Shown here: in pieces, positions 61,914 through 64,000 of the stretch
Position numbering within the stretch: position 1 is the stretch's first letter
How the letters are laid out: each line of letters starts with the position of its first letter
Assembly: GCA_963760795.1 (NCBI GenBank)
Contig: CAVXEP010000019.1
Coordinates: 1 to 64,000, forward strand
DNA: 64,000 nt
Direction: 5' to 3'
Source of the DNA: an uncultured delta proteobacterium
GTDB lineage: Bacteria > Desulfobacterota > Binatia > UBA9968
Notes under the pieces: generated by a model
Database searches by the model: none
What the model saw: only the letters and a program-made list of their open reading frames with translations
Told to the model about the DNA's origin: nothing
Position numbers and translations under genes: made by a program

Positions 61914-62286
61914 GGATGCCGGTTTTCACCGGCGTGACGGCGGGAGGCGTAGTGAGAGCGATGGTAGCGATGAGTGAAATTTCGGCGTGCAACGAATAAG
62001 CATGTTTGCACCACAGAGGTCACAGAGAACACAGAGGGGTTAGAAATAAATTTTCTCTGTGGTCGCGGTGTGCTCTGTGGCGAATTATCTTCGGTGTTTT
62101 CAGACGAGATCCCTCACATCCGTTCGGGATGACAGCCACGACAGCAGCCCGTTGTCAAATCGAGCGAAGCGAGAAATTTTTGCGGTTCCGCGCGTACCCA
62201 TCCGTCATTCCGGCGCAGGCCGGAATCCAGGTTTAGCGAGCGAAACGAAGCCGAAGATGGATGCCGGTTTTCACCGGCATGACGGA
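61914..62286. repeat. cluster of GTCAT REP-like palindromes and a CACAGAG 9-mer palindromic element
   Basis: ggatgccggttttcaccggc twice; caccacagaggtcacagagaacacagag...ctctgtgg; tccgtcattccggcgcaggccggaatcca...atgacgga. Confidence 0.85.
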
Positions 62287-62470
62287 CAGTGAACGCGGGA
62301 CGAGTGTCACCGCTGGCGCATTAGCCAAGGCGACACGCGCGGCCTTGGGTTAATTCTCCTACTCATTCGGTTACCTCTCGAAGCTCGACCGCTGCTATTC
62401 TATGTCAAGATTTGCCGGCTGATACGCCGGCGCATCGTCAGTTCAATGGCGACGGACGTGGAGGTGGGTC

Positions 62471-62701
62471 ATGTGGTTGTTCGGCTTGATCATCGGCGCA
62501 ATCATTGGCGCGATCGGCGGTGTGGGCGGCGTCGTGCTGGGGGCGATGGCCGGTGCGGGCGCCGGTTGGGCGCTGTCGCAAAAGTTGCGCGGGCCAGGAA
62601 TCGAGCGGGTGGAGACGCTCGAGTCGGCCGTACGGCTGCTCCAGCAGCGGGTTAGTTTTCTCGAGAGCGAACAGCGCACCACGGCGCGGCAAATCCAGTA
62701 A
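62471..62701 (+). CDS. small Gly-rich membrane protein with coiled-coil (resembles a DUF2339 N-terminus)
   Basis: GGAGG SD; GxxxG-rich hydrophobic segment then RVETLESAVRLLQQRV. Confidence 0.6.
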   Translation: MWLFGLIIGAIIGAIGGVGGVVLGAMAGAGAGWALSQKLRGPGIERVETLESAVRLLQQRVSFLESEQRTTARQIQ

Positions 62702-62846
62702 CAAGTTTGCATGGCGCGTTGGACGCTCCCCGCGTGCGTGATACTGTCGAGCTTTGGCTTTAGGACTTCGAGACCCCTCGTCGCTTTCGGCCGATTCGCA
62801 ATCGTTCCAATAGACAGCTTGACCTGACCGAATAGCAGTTTCGCCG

Positions 62847-64000
62847 ATGATGGATGAACCGGATTCAACACTTGCCAATGAAAAACTCGCTTGGCCGATT
62901 GCACTTTTAGTTCAGCTGCGCGCCTTCGAAGCGCTCCGCCATCGCGATTACCGTTTGCTCTGGTACGGTCAGGTTTTTGGTTCCATGGGCACCTGGATGG
63001 ACCAGGTGACGCGCGGCTGGCTGATTTACGAGCTGACCGACTCGGCGCTGCAGCTCGGCTTGGTGCGCGGTATCCAGGCGATTCCATTTTTATTATTGTC
63101 GCCCATCGCCGGTAGCGCTGCGGACCGTTATCCGCGCAAATTTCAAGTGGTGGGCGCGCAGTTCGCCAGCGGTTTCCTCTATGCGGTGACGGCGGCGCTG
63201 GTGCTTGGCGGTTTGATTCGCCCTTGGCATGTCTATGTGACGGCGTTTTTGATGGCCTGCGTGCAGGTGTTCTTACAACCCTCGCGCTCGGCGATGATCT
63301 CCGATTTCGTCCCACAAAAAACGTTAACCAGCGCGATCGGTTTGAATGCCATGGTGTTCAATACGGCGCGCAGTACCGGACCAGCGCTTGCGGGATTATT
63401 GATTTCTCATTTCAGCACCGGGATTTCCTATGCGGTGCAAGCGCTGTTTATGATTCTCGCTACAGTTTGGACCACGCAGTTAAGCAAGGTGGCGCCGGGC
63501 GCACCGAGCAGCCATGGCGGTCATCAGGAGTCCTTCGGCGAGAGCATCATCGAAGGCTGGAAATTCAGCTGGCGCACTCCGGAAGTACGCACCGGCATTC
63601 TGATCGTGATTGTCGCCGCTTTGTTCATGATTCCATTCAGCACCCTGTTGCCGGTCTTTGCCCGCGATTTGCTTCAGGTTGGAGCGCGCGGGCAGGGCTT
63701 GCTGCTCACGGCCATGGGGATCGGCGCTTTATGCAGCTCGATCTTGATCGCTTCGGTGGGCGACCGATTGCCGCGCGGCCTATTGATGCTTGGAGGTGTC
63801 GCGCTTTACGGCGTGCTGGTGGTGATCTTTTCTCTGTGCCATTGGTTTCCGTTATCGATGGGGTTGATGGCAATCATCGGTTTATGCCATGTCAGTTCCC
63901 ATGCATTGGTGCAGACCGTCATTCAAACCTATTCGCCGCCGGAGTTTCGCGGCCGGGCCATCGCGATTTTCCACATGACCCAGGTATTGTTGCTGGTCGG
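62847..64000 (+). CDS. MFS transporter (MFS_3/DUF894-like), partial
   Basis: Not in ORF track (no stop in window); RAFEALRHRDYRLLWYGQVFGSMGTWMDQVTRGWLIYELTDS, AGSAADRYPRK. Confidence 0.9.
   Translation, partial: MMDEPDSTLANEKLAWPIALLVQLRAFEALRHRDYRLLWYGQVFGSMGTWMDQVTRGWLIYELTDSALQLGLVRGIQAIPFLLLSPIAGSAADRYPRKFQVVGAQFASGFLYAVTAALVLGGLIRPWHVYVTAFLMACVQVFLQPSRSAMISDFVPQKTLTSAIGLNAMVFNTARSTGPALAGLLISHFSTGISYAVQALFMILATVWTTQLSKVAPGAPSSHGGHQESFGESIIEGWKFSWRTPEVRTGILIVIVAALFMIPFSTLLPVFARDLLQVGARGQGLLLTAMGIGALCSSILIASVGDRLPRGLLMLGGVALYGVLVVIFSLCHWFPLSMGLMAIIGLCHVSSHALVQTVIQTYSPPEFRGRAIAIFHMTQVLLLV

Overview
64 kb of a GC-rich bacterial chromosome with no rRNA, tRNA, CRISPR array or autonomous mobile element visible. 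The large number of orphan NMT1/SsuA-type, Bug/TctC and TAXI solute-binding proteins, a stand-alone A-T didomain and the intergenic repeat families suggest a Binatia-like (deltaproteobacterial-lineage) genome; this placement is inference only. About 13 genes are split by small indels, often in short homopolymers, most likely long-read/MAG consensus errors. Recognisable genes: topoisomerase VI A and B, argJ, a pssA-like gene, a HerA-like DUF853 ATPase, a K+ channel, peptidases and hydrolases. Best candidates for undescribed biology: (1) a four-gene unit (6930-9145) of an intact carboxylate di-iron ferritin-fold protein, a ligand-degenerate paralogue and two 2[4Fe-4S] ferredoxins; (2) two tandem small secreted-protein genes whose 5' hairpin loops (UGGAGGG) are complementary to CCCUC(C/U) elements in their own 3' ends; (3) an orphan LanC-like gene beside a PIMT-like methyltransferase; (4) a Cys peroxiredoxin with what may be a decaying SECIS; (5) nested palindromic 9-mer repeat elements. 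All product calls come from motifs read by eye; no database searches were run.
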